This document shows positions 56,462-64,000 of a DNA stretch of 64,000 nucleotides, one piece after another. This DNA is from Acidobacteriota bacterium (GTDB taxonomy: Bacteria > Acidobacteriota > Thermoanaerobaculia > Gp7-AA8). Numbering within the stretch: the stretch's first letter is position 1; every line of letters starts with the position of its first letter. The stretch is taken from assembly GCA_021325515.1 (NCBI GenBank), contig JAJPHC010000054.1, positions 147,874-211,873 on the forward strand, in the 5' to 3' direction. Under the pieces are notes generated by a model, which was not told the DNA's origin, did no database searches, and saw nothing but the letters and a program-made list of their open reading frames with translations. A program made the translations under genes and the position numbers.

Positions 56462-56561
56462 GTTGGTTTTCGGGGGTCACACCTGGAAAATCAACTTAAC
56501 TCCGCGCCACACCTCGCCGTTAAGTTGATTTTCCAGGTGTGACCCCCGAAAACCAACTTAA
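56458..56561. repeat. 104-bp perfect palindrome (42-bp arms, 20-bp spacer) between convergent genes; both stop codons lie in the arm ends
   Basis: Left arm ttaagttggttttcgggggtcacacctggaaaatcaacttaa (56458-56499) is the exact reverse complement of the right arm at 56520-56561. Each arm is itself an imperfect hairpin. Confidence 0.85.
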
Positions 56562-57049
56562 CGGTGCTTCTTGCCTTCGATTTTGAAGGGGTAGTCGCGC
56601 TCTTCGTTCATGCCCCAGTAGCAGACGGCGTGATAGGTGCCGGGGGCCAGTTTCGATGTGTCCAGGCGCTGCGTGATGACTTTCTTGCCATTCATGTTCG
56701 TCTTCGGCCAGGCGACTTCCTTGTCGTGTGCGTCGAGGAACCGGACGCTCGTCTGCAGGCCTCCCGGCGACTCCTTCAGCCACATCGTCACATACACCGG
56801 CTCGCCCACCTGGAACGTGTCCTTCGAGTCGATCACCTTCCCGCTCGGATCGACCTTCGAACCCATCGCAGATCGCTCCAGCACCGAGATATCGACCGGG
56901 AGCGTCTCGTTGATGTGGGCCTTGCTGCCGTCCGACGGTACAACCTTCGTGCGAACGACCGTTTTTCCGGCGGCAGGAGCATTCCCCTTTTGCGGACACG
57001 CAACCAGCAGCGCAACGATCGGAATCAGAAACAGACTTCGTACTCGCAT
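56558..57049 (-). CDS. hypothetical lipoprotein (about 163 aa)
   Basis: Internal Met start MRVRSLFLIPIVALLVAC (lipobox). Downstream of and co-directional with the radical SAM gene. Confidence 0.6.
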   Translation of the reverse strand: MRVRSLFLIPIVALLVACPQKGNAPAAGKTVVRTKVVPSDGSKAHINETLPVDISVLERSAMGSKVDPSGKVIDSKDTFQVGEPVYVTMWLKESPGGLQTSVRFLDAHDKEVAWPKTNMNGKKVITQRLDTSKLAPGTYHAVCYWGMNEERDYPFKIEGKKHR

Positions 57050-57068
57050 CCGCGAAATATTAGCAACC

Positions 57069-58130
57069 TCAGCGCCCGCGAGCGAAGATGCAGTTGCGGC
57101 ACATGAAGTCATCGGGAGCGTCCTCGATTCCGTATACCCACCGCCTCAGCGTCGCAATCTCCGGGCCTGCCAGCACCTCGGCGATCGATGATTTCGTCAG
57201 GTCGCCGACGACATACTTCTCGTCGTAGTCCTCACAGCAGAGCACGCATCTGCCGTGAGGCGTGATGTGCAGATGCTGCAGCGGCCTCGAGCCGACATTG
57301 TCGCAGCCGGCGAGGCGGCTTTTCCGCTCGTCGGGCCGGATCCCCACTTCGAGCCAGCCGGCGCGATCCATCACGACGTCCTTGCGAATCTCGAAGCGGC
57401 TGCCGGCGAAGCGCTCACGGATCGCCTGGTAATCGCTTTCATGCGCATCGTTGCCGGTACCGAGGACGACGATGGCCATCTGGGTGGCGAGAGGCTTGTC
57501 GCGCATGTAATCGAGATTGCGCAGCACGGCAGGAAGATGATCCTCGCCCCGATCGCGCTGATACCGCTCCCGATCGAGCGTCGAAAGGTTGATGCAGAGA
57601 TAGCGAAGCGGTCCGGCTTCGATCAGCGCATCCGTCTTGGCCGGGGTGAAACCCGAGCCATTGCTCAGGACCGCGACGGGAAGGCCTGCGGCAAAAATGC
57701 GCCGGCATTGATCGACGAATCGCCGGTCGAGCGTCGGCTCGTTGTAGCTCTGCAGAAAAACGCTCTCGATCGTGTCGCGCCAGTTCGTCAACTGGTTGAC
57801 GATGTCCTCGAACAGCGAATCGGGCATCGCGTAGTCGGCGCGCGGTGCAATCGAAACGGGACAGAAGTAGCACTTCTGATTGCACGTCGTCAGCGTCTCG
57901 AGCGAGACGATCTTCAGGCGGTGCGACGCCGACAGATCGCTCCCCGCGGGCACGATCCATCCCTCGCGCTCGAGGACAACATCGGAACCACTCCCCTCTT
58001 CGAACGCGCGGAAATGCGCATACAGCGGGTCTCCCGGAACGAGCGTGCGGTCGGTCAGCGGGTTATAGATCCGCTCTTCATCGATGTGAAGAAACGGATT
58101 GACGATATGCGTGGCGGAGACGGTGGACAT
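57069..58130 (-). CDS. radical SAM protein with C-terminal SPASM/twitch-like Cys cluster and roughly 90-aa N-terminal extension
   Basis: CNQKCYFC (CxxxCxxC) at about aa 100. C-terminal cysteines GCDN...GRCVLCCEDYD...CRNC. Confidence 0.8.
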   Translation of the reverse strand: MSTVSATHIVNPFLHIDEERIYNPLTDRTLVPGDPLYAHFRAFEEGSGSDVVLEREGWIVPAGSDLSASHRLKIVSLETLTTCNQKCYFCPVSIAPRADYAMPDSLFEDIVNQLTNWRDTIESVFLQSYNEPTLDRRFVDQCRRIFAAGLPVAVLSNGSGFTPAKTDALIEAGPLRYLCINLSTLDRERYQRDRGEDHLPAVLRNLDYMRDKPLATQMAIVVLGTGNDAHESDYQAIRERFAGSRFEIRKDVVMDRAGWLEVGIRPDERKSRLAGCDNVGSRPLQHLHITPHGRCVLCCEDYDEKYVVGDLTKSSIAEVLAGPEIATLRRWVYGIEDAPDDFMCRNCIFARGR

Positions 58131-58153
58131 CTGCGGCGATCGTAACAGGTAGT

Positions 58154-59326
58154 ATGTGCGCCGCTATGCCCGGTTCGCCGTCCATCCTTTACCCCCGGTT
58201 CGATCATCCGGCCATCGAGGAGCGCTATGCCTCGTGGCAAACACAACTGCTGCTCCGCGCCGGCGGCGGCGATCTCGTATTCTACGATCCGGAAGAGCCG
58301 GCCTCCCTCGCCGCGGCGGAGGTGGCCAGCGACGATGTTCTCGTCGTCACCGATCCTCTCGTCGTCCCTCCGCGAAATCTCGCGCAGCGGCTGGGAGAAG
58401 TGCTCGATGCGACCGGTGCGGCGGCTGCTCTTCCGGTGACGAATGAGCCGGAGAACGACAAACAGCGCGGCACGCCGGTCTCGCCATACCTCACGCTTCG
58501 CGAACTGCAGGACGTCGCGAGCGACATGCAGAAGCGGCCGGACCACGTCGAACGGGTGAAGTGGGATCGCTCGAATCCCGCGATCTATCTCTGTCCCACC
58601 GCGTTTCTCGAGGAAGCGGATGAAGTTCCGCGCCGCGCTCTGGCAGGGCTCGACGTGGCGATCTCGATGAATGACTACGTCCATCGCTGGAGCTCGCTGC
58701 GCGGCCAGGCTCGGCTCGATCTGCTCGCGCGGATCTCCACGGACGCGCGTTCCGTCCTCGAATTCGGCTGCGGCGAAGCTCCGCTCGGCGAGGCTCTGAA
58801 GCGAAGACAGAAATGCCGCGTCGTCGGAATCGAGATCGATCCGCGCGCCGCAGCGATTGCGCGGAAGAGAATCGACGAGGTCTTCTGCGGCGATGTCCGC
58901 GAAGTCGTCTCGCTGATTCACGAGCGCTTCGACTGGATCATCGGCGGTGACATCGTCGAGCACCTCGACGAGCCCTGGTCGTTCCTCTCCGAGTTGCGCC
59001 GCGTCACCGCGCCCGGCGGGCGCCTCCTCCTCTCACTTCCCAACATCGCCAACGCGGCGATCATCTCCGACCTGCTGCACGGCCGCTTCGACTACGTCTA
59101 CATGGGGCTGACCTGCGTCGGGCATCTGCGATTCTTCACGCGACGCACGATCGAAGAGATGCTGACCATTGCGGGGTGGGAAGCCATCACGATCGAGCCG
59201 CAGGAAGTGATCGCGACCACGGGCCGCGACGATCTTCTCCGCATTCTCGAGCACGCGCGCGTGCCGATCGCCCGCGAGGATCTGCTGCCCGCCGGCTTCT
59301 ACGTCATCGCCCGGAATCCGGCGTGA
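58154..59326 (+). CDS. two-domain protein: N-terminal unknown domain plus C-terminal class I SAM methyltransferase
   Basis: VLEFGCGEAPLG SAM motif at about aa 205. Methyltransf_11/12-like tail (DWIIGGDIVEHL). Confidence 0.7.
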   Translation: MCAAMPGSPSILYPRFDHPAIEERYASWQTQLLLRAGGGDLVFYDPEEPASLAAAEVASDDVLVVTDPLVVPPRNLAQRLGEVLDATGAAAALPVTNEPENDKQRGTPVSPYLTLRELQDVASDMQKRPDHVERVKWDRSNPAIYLCPTAFLEEADEVPRRALAGLDVAISMNDYVHRWSSLRGQARLDLLARISTDARSVLEFGCGEAPLGEALKRRQKCRVVGIEIDPRAAAIARKRIDEVFCGDVREVVSLIHERFDWIIGGDIVEHLDEPWSFLSELRRVTAPGGRLLLSLPNIANAAIISDLLHGRFDYVYMGLTCVGHLRFFTRRTIEEMLTIAGWEAITIEPQEVIATTGRDDLLRILEHARVPIAREDLLPAGFYVIARNPA

Positions 59327-60212
59327 CGAAGATCGTGTCATGCGCCGGCGAGCGCTCTTCCTCCGGCCGTCCGGCCGTGTAGTAGTAGAGCGAGACCGAC
59401 TTCCGCGTCATTCCCGGCGGCGAGTTCAGCGGATGCGGATGCCCGTGAAACGAGCGATCGCTCGTCGAGAAGATCACGGTTCGGTTGAAGAGAGGCAGGA
59501 TCTTCTTCCTGCATTCTTTCATCGAAGAGTCCCACAGCTCGAGATGCCCGCCGTATTCTTCGCGCCAATCCTTGTTCATGTAGATCAGCATGTTGAGCCG
59601 CCGGTCGAGCTTCAGCTTCGGATGGACGTTGAAGTCCGCGTGAATCTTCAGATACCCGCCCGGCTCGATCTGATGCAGCCCTCCGCCGCCGAAGTACGGA
59701 TCCGGAATCAGACCTTCGATTCCGGTGAGCGACTCGAGGAACAGCAGCATCTCGAACGAATTCATCGCGTCGAGAAAGCGGCGCACGGTCTCCGTGATCG
59801 TGCTCGTCGCATAGAAAAAGCCGAGCTTCTTCTCCTGCGCGTTGTCGAATCGGACCCACTTCGTCTCCTCGGGTGACGGAAAGTCCCGAAGCACAGCCTC
59901 GAGGATCGCATCCTCGAAGAGCCCATCCAACGCGATGTGCGGGAATGGATCGGCATGACGATATTCGTCGCGAAACGCGCCAGGATCGTAGCGAAGGAGC
60001 ACGCCGAGAACGTAACACAGGCAGCGGGCGACAGACAGCGCGAGTGCCTGCCTCTCGCCGCGCCGGTTGCCTGTATCATGCGCGACCGCATGACCGCCTC
60101 TTCCAAACAGAGCTGGCTCGACGCGCTCGCGGCATTCGTGCTTGCGATCGTGCCGCTCGTTCTCTACCGGAAAATCGTCCGGCTCTGGTGGACGTATGAC
60201 GACCCTTTTCAC
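59304..60212 (-). CDS. 2OG-Fe(II) oxygenase family protein (N-terminus uncertain; true start probably internal, about 59.95-60.08 kb)
   Basis: HxD (LKIHADFN) and distal His (RSFHGHP) of the 2OG-Fe(II) oxygenase fold. PFPHIALDGLF N-terminal motif. The first roughly 60 aa of the track ORF would overlap the divergent membrane-protein gene, so are doubtful. Confidence 0.6.
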   Translation of the reverse strand: MKRVVIRPPEPDDFPVENERHDRKHECRERVEPALFGRGGHAVAHDTGNRRGERQALALSVARCLCYVLGVLLRYDPGAFRDEYRHADPFPHIALDGLFEDAILEAVLRDFPSPEETKWVRFDNAQEKKLGFFYATSTITETVRRFLDAMNSFEMLLFLESLTGIEGLIPDPYFGGGGLHQIEPGGYLKIHADFNVHPKLKLDRRLNMLIYMNKDWREEYGGHLELWDSSMKECRKKILPLFNRTVIFSTSDRSFHGHPHPLNSPPGMTRKSVSLYYYTAGRPEEERSPAHDTIFVTPDSGR

Positions 60213-61700
60213 CTGCGGCGCGTCATCGTCTATGACTACCCCGCGCTCTTCTTCGATCGCCCGCTATGGCACGGCATCCCGGCGCGCGTATTCACACCGC
60301 TGCTGCTGGCGTCGATGAAGTTCGACTATGCGCGGTTTGGCCTGAATGCACGGGCGTTCTATCTCCACCAGTTGATCGCCTTCGCGATCATCCCGGTGAT
60401 GTTCTACTTCTTCCTGCGTCTCTGGCTGACGCGCGCGTGGTCATTCGCGGCTGCGCTGACGTCGATCCTCGCGCCGCCGATGATCGAGATCGTGCAGCAG
60501 ATCATGCTGCGCCACTACGTCGAAGGAATCAGCATCGCGATCGGCGCGGCGATCCTCGCCGTCATCGGCTTCCGCCGCGATGACCGCCGCTTCACGCTCG
60601 CCTCTGCCGCGCTCTACCTCGTCGCGATGTCTGCGAAGGAAGTATTCGTTCCGCTCCCGTTCGTGCTAGCGGTCATGCCGGAAGGCGATCTGCGACGGCG
60701 GCTCAAGCATCTCCTGCCGCATGGCATTCTGCTCGCGCTCTATTCGGTCTGGCGAACCGTGATGCTCGGCCAGGGTGTGAAGCCTTACGGCTGGACGCTG
60801 CGCCCGAACGAATGGCCTCTGGTTCTCACGAAGGTGCCGGTCCGCGTCCTCAAGCAGTTCGTGGCGACGGGCGGCGCAGCGGGAATCGTGATGGTGATCG
60901 CGCTGCTCGTGTGCATCGTCATCGCCACGCTGCGGCTGCGGGGCGCGATCTTCGTCGCCCTGATGGCCGCCGCTGCCGCGGTTCTTCCCATCGTGCCGCT
61001 GGCAGTCGACATGAAAGTGCGCTTCGGTCTGATGAGCTGGATCGTGGCGATCCTCGGCGCGGCATTCATCTCACGCACGAACATCCGCCCAGCGATCAGC
61101 GCAATGCTGTTCGGCATCGTGATGGTCTGCGCCGTGCTCGTGAACCGGGCGCAGTGGTCATCCACCTACCGCTTCATGAAGCGAATGAGCGATGAGACGC
61201 GCACCGTGCGCGACCTCGCTCCGGATGAGCTTCTGCGCGATCCCGCCACGCCGCCGCCCACCATGGACGAGATGATCGCGCTCTACAACGCGAAGGGCCG
61301 CGCGCTCTACGATGACCGGCCGCTGTGTGACGGCTCGCTGAATGCCCGTCGCCTCTTCAACTGGGATCCGGGGATGCACGTCGTGCGCGAGATTCAGCGC
61401 TCGGAGCTCGATCCGATCTGCAAGTCGATCCGCGTCGAACCGCTGCGCGCGGATCTCACCGTCGAAGATGGTGTGCTCTTCTGGAACCTCGGCCCCTATC
61501 CCAATGGTCAATACAGCTTCATCTTCCGCGACGGGTTTCAGTCGTTCGACGTCCGGCCGCGCCTCGGCTATCGCCTCGAGCATGTGCCGGTTCTGCCGCT
61601 GATCGTCCGCTATCGCTCGCCGGATGGTTGGACGACCTACTCGCCTCAGCTCGTCGTCGACTTCGAGCACCCGAAGCCGATCCATTGGGAGCGCAAATGA
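60078..61700 (+). CDS. polytopic membrane protein, GT-C-like (ArnT/PMT-like) putative glycosyltransferase with C-terminal soluble domain
   Basis: About 10 TM helices in the N-terminal 350 aa, then a hydrophilic roughly 190-aa domain. The start is taken at MRDRMTASS. The family assignment is inference. Confidence 0.55.
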   Translation: MRDRMTASSKQSWLDALAAFVLAIVPLVLYRKIVRLWWTYDDPFHLRRVIVYDYPALFFDRPLWHGIPARVFTPLLLASMKFDYARFGLNARAFYLHQLIAFAIIPVMFYFFLRLWLTRAWSFAAALTSILAPPMIEIVQQIMLRHYVEGISIAIGAAILAVIGFRRDDRRFTLASAALYLVAMSAKEVFVPLPFVLAVMPEGDLRRRLKHLLPHGILLALYSVWRTVMLGQGVKPYGWTLRPNEWPLVLTKVPVRVLKQFVATGGAAGIVMVIALLVCIVIATLRLRGAIFVALMAAAAAVLPIVPLAVDMKVRFGLMSWIVAILGAAFISRTNIRPAISAMLFGIVMVCAVLVNRAQWSSTYRFMKRMSDETRTVRDLAPDELLRDPATPPPTMDEMIALYNAKGRALYDDRPLCDGSLNARRLFNWDPGMHVVREIQRSELDPICKSIRVEPLRADLTVEDGVLFWNLGPYPNGQYSFIFRDGFQSFDVRPRLGYRLEHVPVLPLIVRYRSPDGWTTYSPQLVVDFEHPKPIHWERK

Positions 61701-62446
61701 CGCTTCCCTATCGCGACTTCTATTACCCGTTGAATGTGTTCATGCACATCCTGACGCTGGAAGAGGGCGGCGTCGCAGCCCTTCATTACGGCCTGTTCGA
61801 AAGCGCCGGCGATTCGATCGCGATCGCGCAGCGGCGCTCGACGGATCTGCTGCTGTCACGCCTGCCGCAACCTCCGGCCACGCTGCTCGAAGTCGGGATC
61901 GGACTCGGCGACACGCTCGCGGAGCTGACTCGCAGAGGATTCGCGGCGACAGGCATCACGCCCGACGACAAGCAGATCGTCTTCGCGAGGAAGCGCCACG
62001 GTGAAGCCGTTCGGATCGTGCACGAGCCGCTCGAGACCTTCCCATCGGATCAGCAATTCGACGTCGTCGTCTTTCAGGAGTCGTCGCAATACATTCCGGC
62101 GGCTTCTTTGTGGGCGCGCATGAGGGAGCTCGCGCGCGACCTCGTCATCGTGCTCGACGAGTTCTCGCTGCGGCCGGGCGGCACGCTGCATCCGCTCGCG
62201 GAATTTCTCGAACAGGCGGAGGCCCACGGCTTCACGAAACGCGAGGAGCTCGATCTCTCCGCGCAGGCCGCGCCGACGATCGACTACTTCCGCCAACGCC
62301 TTCCCCGCTACCGCGCGGCACTCACGCTCGACCTCGGCCTCTCCGACGCGCAGGTCGATGAGCTGGTCGATGGCGGCGTGAACTACCGCGCGCATTACGA
62401 TCAGGGTGTGTACGGGTACCGGCTGCTCGTATTCCGGCGCGCATGA
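61697..62446 (+). CDS. class I SAM-dependent methyltransferase
   Basis: LLEVGIGLGDT SAM motif. Overlaps the upstream stop (ATGA). Confidence 0.7.
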   Translation: MTLPYRDFYYPLNVFMHILTLEEGGVAALHYGLFESAGDSIAIAQRRSTDLLLSRLPQPPATLLEVGIGLGDTLAELTRRGFAATGITPDDKQIVFARKRHGEAVRIVHEPLETFPSDQQFDVVVFQESSQYIPAASLWARMRELARDLVIVLDEFSLRPGGTLHPLAEFLEQAEAHGFTKREELDLSAQAAPTIDYFRQRLPRYRAALTLDLGLSDAQVDELVDGGVNYRAHYDQGVYGYRLLVFRRA

Positions 62447-63435
62447 ACATCACGTACCTGATGGAAGACACGGAGCTGTCCGGCGGAATCCGGATTCAGC
62501 TCGCACATGCCGACGCGCTCATCGCGCGCGGGCATCGCGTGCGGATCGTGACGAAGGGACTGCCGCTCACGTGGCGGGCGACACGCGCCGAATGGGTGTA
62601 CGTCGACAACTTCCTCGACTATCGCGCGAAGGATGACGACTTCGTCGTCGGCACGTTCTGGCCGACCGTTCCGGCTGCATACGAGATCGCAGGCAAGCGC
62701 GCCGTCCATCTCTGCCAGGGATACGAAGGCGCCTTCTCCGCGTACGAGGCGATCAAGGAGCAGATCGACGCGGCCTATCGCCTTCCGATCCCCAAGCTCG
62801 TCGTGTCGAAGCACCTCGCCGATGTCTGCCGCCAGTTCAGCGGCGACGTGACCTGGATTGGTCAAGTAGTTGACGATGAGCTGTATCGCGATCGCACGCC
62901 GCGCGAGCATGAGCCGCTCCGCGTGCTCCTCTCCGGACAGTCCCAGGGCGACATGAAAGGCATCCCCGATGGTTACGGCGCGGCCGCTCACGCCCGCTGG
63001 TTTCATCAGAAGTTCGATCTCATCCGCGTGTCGCCATGGGCGCCGTCGCGCGAAGAGCCGCTGGACAGCGTGCAGGAATTTCATGTCGCGCTGACGACGG
63101 CGGAGATGACGCGGCTGATGCATTCGTGTGACGTTCTCCTTGCGCCGAATCACGGCGCCGAAGGATTCGGGCTCCCCGCTGCGGAAGCGATGGCGTCGGG
63201 GGTCCCGGTGATCCTGACGGAGATCCCGTCCTATCTCTCCTGGGATGAGACGCGCGACTACGCGCTCTTCGCTCCCGAGCGCAATCCGGTCGAGCTCGGC
63301 GAACGCCTGATCGAGATGCTGAGCGACGAAGCGCTGCGCGAGCGCCTGCGCCGGCGAGGACGCGGGGTAGCGGAACAATGGCGCTCGGCGAACGTGGCGG
63401 ACCGGCTGGAATCGTTTTTCCTGGCGAGGCGATAG
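62443..63435 (+). CDS. glycosyltransferase family 4 (GT-B, group 1)
   Basis: C-terminal EGFGLPAAEAMASGVPVI motif. Overlaps the upstream stop. Confidence 0.85.
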   Translation: MNITYLMEDTELSGGIRIQLAHADALIARGHRVRIVTKGLPLTWRATRAEWVYVDNFLDYRAKDDDFVVGTFWPTVPAAYEIAGKRAVHLCQGYEGAFSAYEAIKEQIDAAYRLPIPKLVVSKHLADVCRQFSGDVTWIGQVVDDELYRDRTPREHEPLRVLLSGQSQGDMKGIPDGYGAAAHARWFHQKFDLIRVSPWAPSREEPLDSVQEFHVALTTAEMTRLMHSCDVLLAPNHGAEGFGLPAAEAMASGVPVILTEIPSYLSWDETRDYALFAPERNPVELGERLIEMLSDEALRERLRRRGRGVAEQWRSANVADRLESFFLARR

Positions 63436-63486
63436 AGCTCCGGCTCGATGTGCGGACGGGGCGTTCGCAATCCCCCTTCCGGCGCC

Positions 63487-63504
63487 TTGTGAAAACTTTC
63501 TCAA
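63487..63504. promoter_or_regulatory. putative Rex operator upstream of nuoB (TTGTGAAAACTTTCTCAA)
   Basis: TTGTGAA-N4-TTCTCAA, one mismatch from the TTGTGAA-N4-TTCACAA consensus. About 60 bp upstream of the nuoB start. Shares the cTTGTGAAAacTTT core with the nuoG upstream site. Confidence 0.5.
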
Positions 63505-63563
63505 GTTCATAAAATGCCGCCGCCTTCCCGCCGCAACCCGCGGCAAGCGCGTGAATTCAAGTT

Positions 63564-64000
63564 ATGCCAGCTCAAAAGATTGAACATCCCGACTCGATCA
63601 TTCCCCGCAAGGCGGGCGTCGCTCCCGGTGAAGGTCCGGAGAAGGGTCTGATCACCCTTCCGGGCGAGACGTCGCGCGAGGCCGAAGACCTCGCAGGCGG
63701 CACGTACCTCACCACCAAACTCGACACGATGGTGAACTGGGCGCGCGGCAACTCGCTCTGGCCGCTCCCCTTCGGCACCGCATGCTGCGCCATCGAGTTC
63801 ATGTCGATGGTCTCCTCGCACTACGACGTCGCGCGGTTCGGCGCCGAGGTCGTGCGGTTCTCGCCGCGGCAGGCCGATCTCATGATCGTCGCCGGCACCA
63901 TCGTCGACAAAATGGGTCCCGTCCTCAAGAAGATCTACGACCAGATGCCGGAACCGAAGTACGTGCTCGCCATGGGTGCGTGCGCGACGTCGGGCGGCTT
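63564..64000 (+). CDS. nuoB: NADH-quinone oxidoreductase subunit B, 5' portion (runs off the window end)
   Basis: [15 protein letters not shown] and GACATSGG N2-cluster motifs. Confidence 0.9.
   Translation, partial: MPAQKIEHPDSIIPRKAGVAPGEGPEKGLITLPGETSREAEDLAGGTYLTTKLDTMVNWARGNSLWPLPFGTACCAIEFMSMVSSHYDVARFGAEVVRFSPRQADLMIVAGTIVDKMGPVLKKIYDQMPEPKYVLAMGACATSGG

Noticed and set aside
1-64000. rRNA, tRNA, integrase/transposase or prophage genes
   Set aside because: No sequence with recognisable tRNA cloverleaf-scale conservation, rRNA, recombinase or transposase motifs was seen. Absence is judged by eye only, and a tRNAscan or HMM search could revise this.

Overview
High-GC (about 65-70%) bacterial chromosomal window. 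The gene content (TIGR02999-type ECF sigma factor paired with a TPR Ser/Thr kinase, many FtsX-type permeases, a split complex I) suggests Acidobacteriota-like origin; that is inference only. Housekeeping content: the 3' end of gatB, a yifB/comM-type ATPase, and NADH:quinone oxidoreductase genes spread over three loci: nuoA-nuoE-nuoF plus a diheme cytochrome c on the minus strand at 21.2-23.9 kb; nuoG-H-J-K-L-M-N followed by rex at 40.0-50.1 kb, with no nuoI; and nuoB at the window end. Putative Rex operators (TTGTGAA-N4-TTCnCnn) lie upstream of both nuoG and nuoB, next to a rex gene. Accessory content: (1) a minus-strand locus at 24.0-32.5 kb encoding a STAS anti-sigma antagonist, a 1276-aa secreted protein with three tandem ricin-B lectin repeats and a lower-GC C-terminal domain of unknown function, and a 1383-aa secreted Ig-repeat protein with a putative C-terminal beta-barrel, flanked by a DUF360 holin-like gene. 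This is the best candidate for an undescribed lectin/effector surface system. (2) A dispersed family of hairpin elements built from tandem heptamers (GATGAAC / GACGAGT type) in inverted orientation, three copies, all intergenic. (3) A 104-bp perfect palindrome at 56.46 kb that supplies the stop codons of two convergent genes. (4) A radical SAM/SPASM gene with a co-transcribed lipoprotein. (5) A KAS, methyltransferase, FAD-oxidoreductase and Lon-N-domain operon. (6) A glycan-tailoring-like island (two-domain methyltransferase, 2OG-Fe oxygenase, GT-C-like membrane protein, methyltransferase, GT4). (7) Regulatory modules: a SARP-receiver hybrid with HPt, a sigma-70 factor with duplicated region 4, and two single-domain response regulators. 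Many long ORFs in the track are antisense shadow ORFs typical of high-GC DNA and were rejected. No rRNA, tRNA or CRISPR array was recognised.
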